Source: Alloascoidea hylecoeti (lineage: Eukaryota). Taken from it: 62,625 bases of DNA. Below are positions 61,664 to 62,625 of the stretch, piece after piece. The stretch lies in NCBI GenBank assembly GCA_001600815.1, contig BCKZ01000019.1:186001-248625 (forward strand), given 5' to 3'. The position numbers and the translations under genes were made by a program. A model generated the notes under the pieces. The model searched no databases and had not been told where the DNA came from. It was given only the letters and a program-made list of their open reading frames with translations. How positions within the stretch are numbered: position 1 is the stretch's first letter; every line of letters starts with the position of its first letter.

Positions 61664-62625
61664 AGTTATAAACTTCTAAACTTAGTCCAATTTAAAAGAA
61701 GGCATAACTTTATGCATATTTTCTTTTTGGTAATATTAATGTTTTTCAGTTGGTATTTTCGTGCATGCAGAAATCCAAAACAGGAATATGCTTAATGTCT
61801 GCGCATGGCTCCTTTTGGGCGTAAATGTTGTACTTCTCTATTATTTATTTAATATTATCCTAGGAGGTGGAATTAACATGGGTACTTCCCAAATGAGGAT
61901 TTTTGCGTTCAAGACAGGGAAGTCCTGCCATCCATATCGTGTATACTAGAGACCTCACTGCGATGAATTTCTGAAGGAGTTGTCTTAGTGGTACAATTTG
62001 GTCATATTCACAGCATCTGGATTAAAGGGTGGTTTGATGACCCCATAGATGCCAAATTACTACAATTGATTCCCATTTAAAAGAGTTGAATCAAGTTTCT
62101 GACGTTAGGCCCAGTTTACTAGTTATTAAACAGGAAAAAGAAGCATATGCATTCAGGATTAGGGGGAGATTCTTTTGTTATCTTGTACATATAACGTTAC
62201 TATACACCTATCTTCTTTGTATTTATCTTTTCATTGACAATTTGATCTAATGTTTATTATTTTTTTTACATCTCAAAAAGAGGTTTGAATTTGTTAGAGA
62301 GAACTATTAATAAGTTTTTAGCTCCACCTTCAACTTCACCTATGGCTATAGCTGGAGTTTAATAAATATTTGATTTGGAGAGCTGTAACTATCTTGAAAT
62401 ATAATGAGTTAGACAAAGTATTATTATAATCCTAGACCTTTAATTAGTAATGAACAATTTTAAAATCTTCAAAAATTTATGGTGTATCATTATTAGCTAC
62501 CGAGTTTCTGCTACCGGTACCTAGTAATTTATATAACTAGTGTATAACGTAAGTATACCAATAATCAAATATTAATGATTTTACAGAATTAGAAATATAA
62601 ATTTAAAATGATGAAATTTAAAAGA
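61664..62625 (+). repeat. Cassette copy C (direct repeat of A, offset 15414 bp); ORF start MMKFKR at 62608, truncated by the window end
   Basis: Near-identity to 46854-47211, including the final AAATGATGAAATTTAAAAGA. Confidence 0.9.

Noticed and set aside
61860..62200. Segment unique to copy C ending in PPT-like AGGGGGAGAT
   Set aside because: Not followed by a TG..CA LTR, and RNase H similarity is too weak to call.

Overview
AT-rich, intron-containing budding-yeast (Saccharomycotina-type) genomic DNA; the species cannot be identified from this window. Core genes: PTR2, a PFK27-like kinase, SLU7, a VTC5-like SPX protein, a chitin synthase, tRNA-Asp(GTC), a giant MSB1-like gene broken by a 1-nt frameshift, a COX4-family protein, OST5 (absent from the ORF track), an SDT1-like nucleotidase, an alcohol acetyltransferase, a Gly/Gln-rich protein, malate dehydrogenase, CDC1, a PXA-domain protein, an amidase and DUG1. 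Several of these have short introns that I reconstructed by hand. Accessory DNA: an inverted copy of the PTR2 3' end, a complete but dead pogo/Fot1 transposon with ~195-bp TIRs, a 224-bp MITE, a ~115-nt fold-back, an F-box pseudogene, and heavily eroded remnants resembling Ty1/copia and possibly Fanzor/TnpB. The most intriguing structure is a locally amplified cassette at 46.4-48.2 kb, 60.2-60.5 kb and 61.7-62.6 kb. It carries an unassembled ORF starting MMKFKR whose C-terminus resembles the neighbouring secreted orphan protein. Its copies form direct and inverted repeats, and one copy has lost its ORF precisely. All assignments come from reading the sequence by eye; no searches were run.
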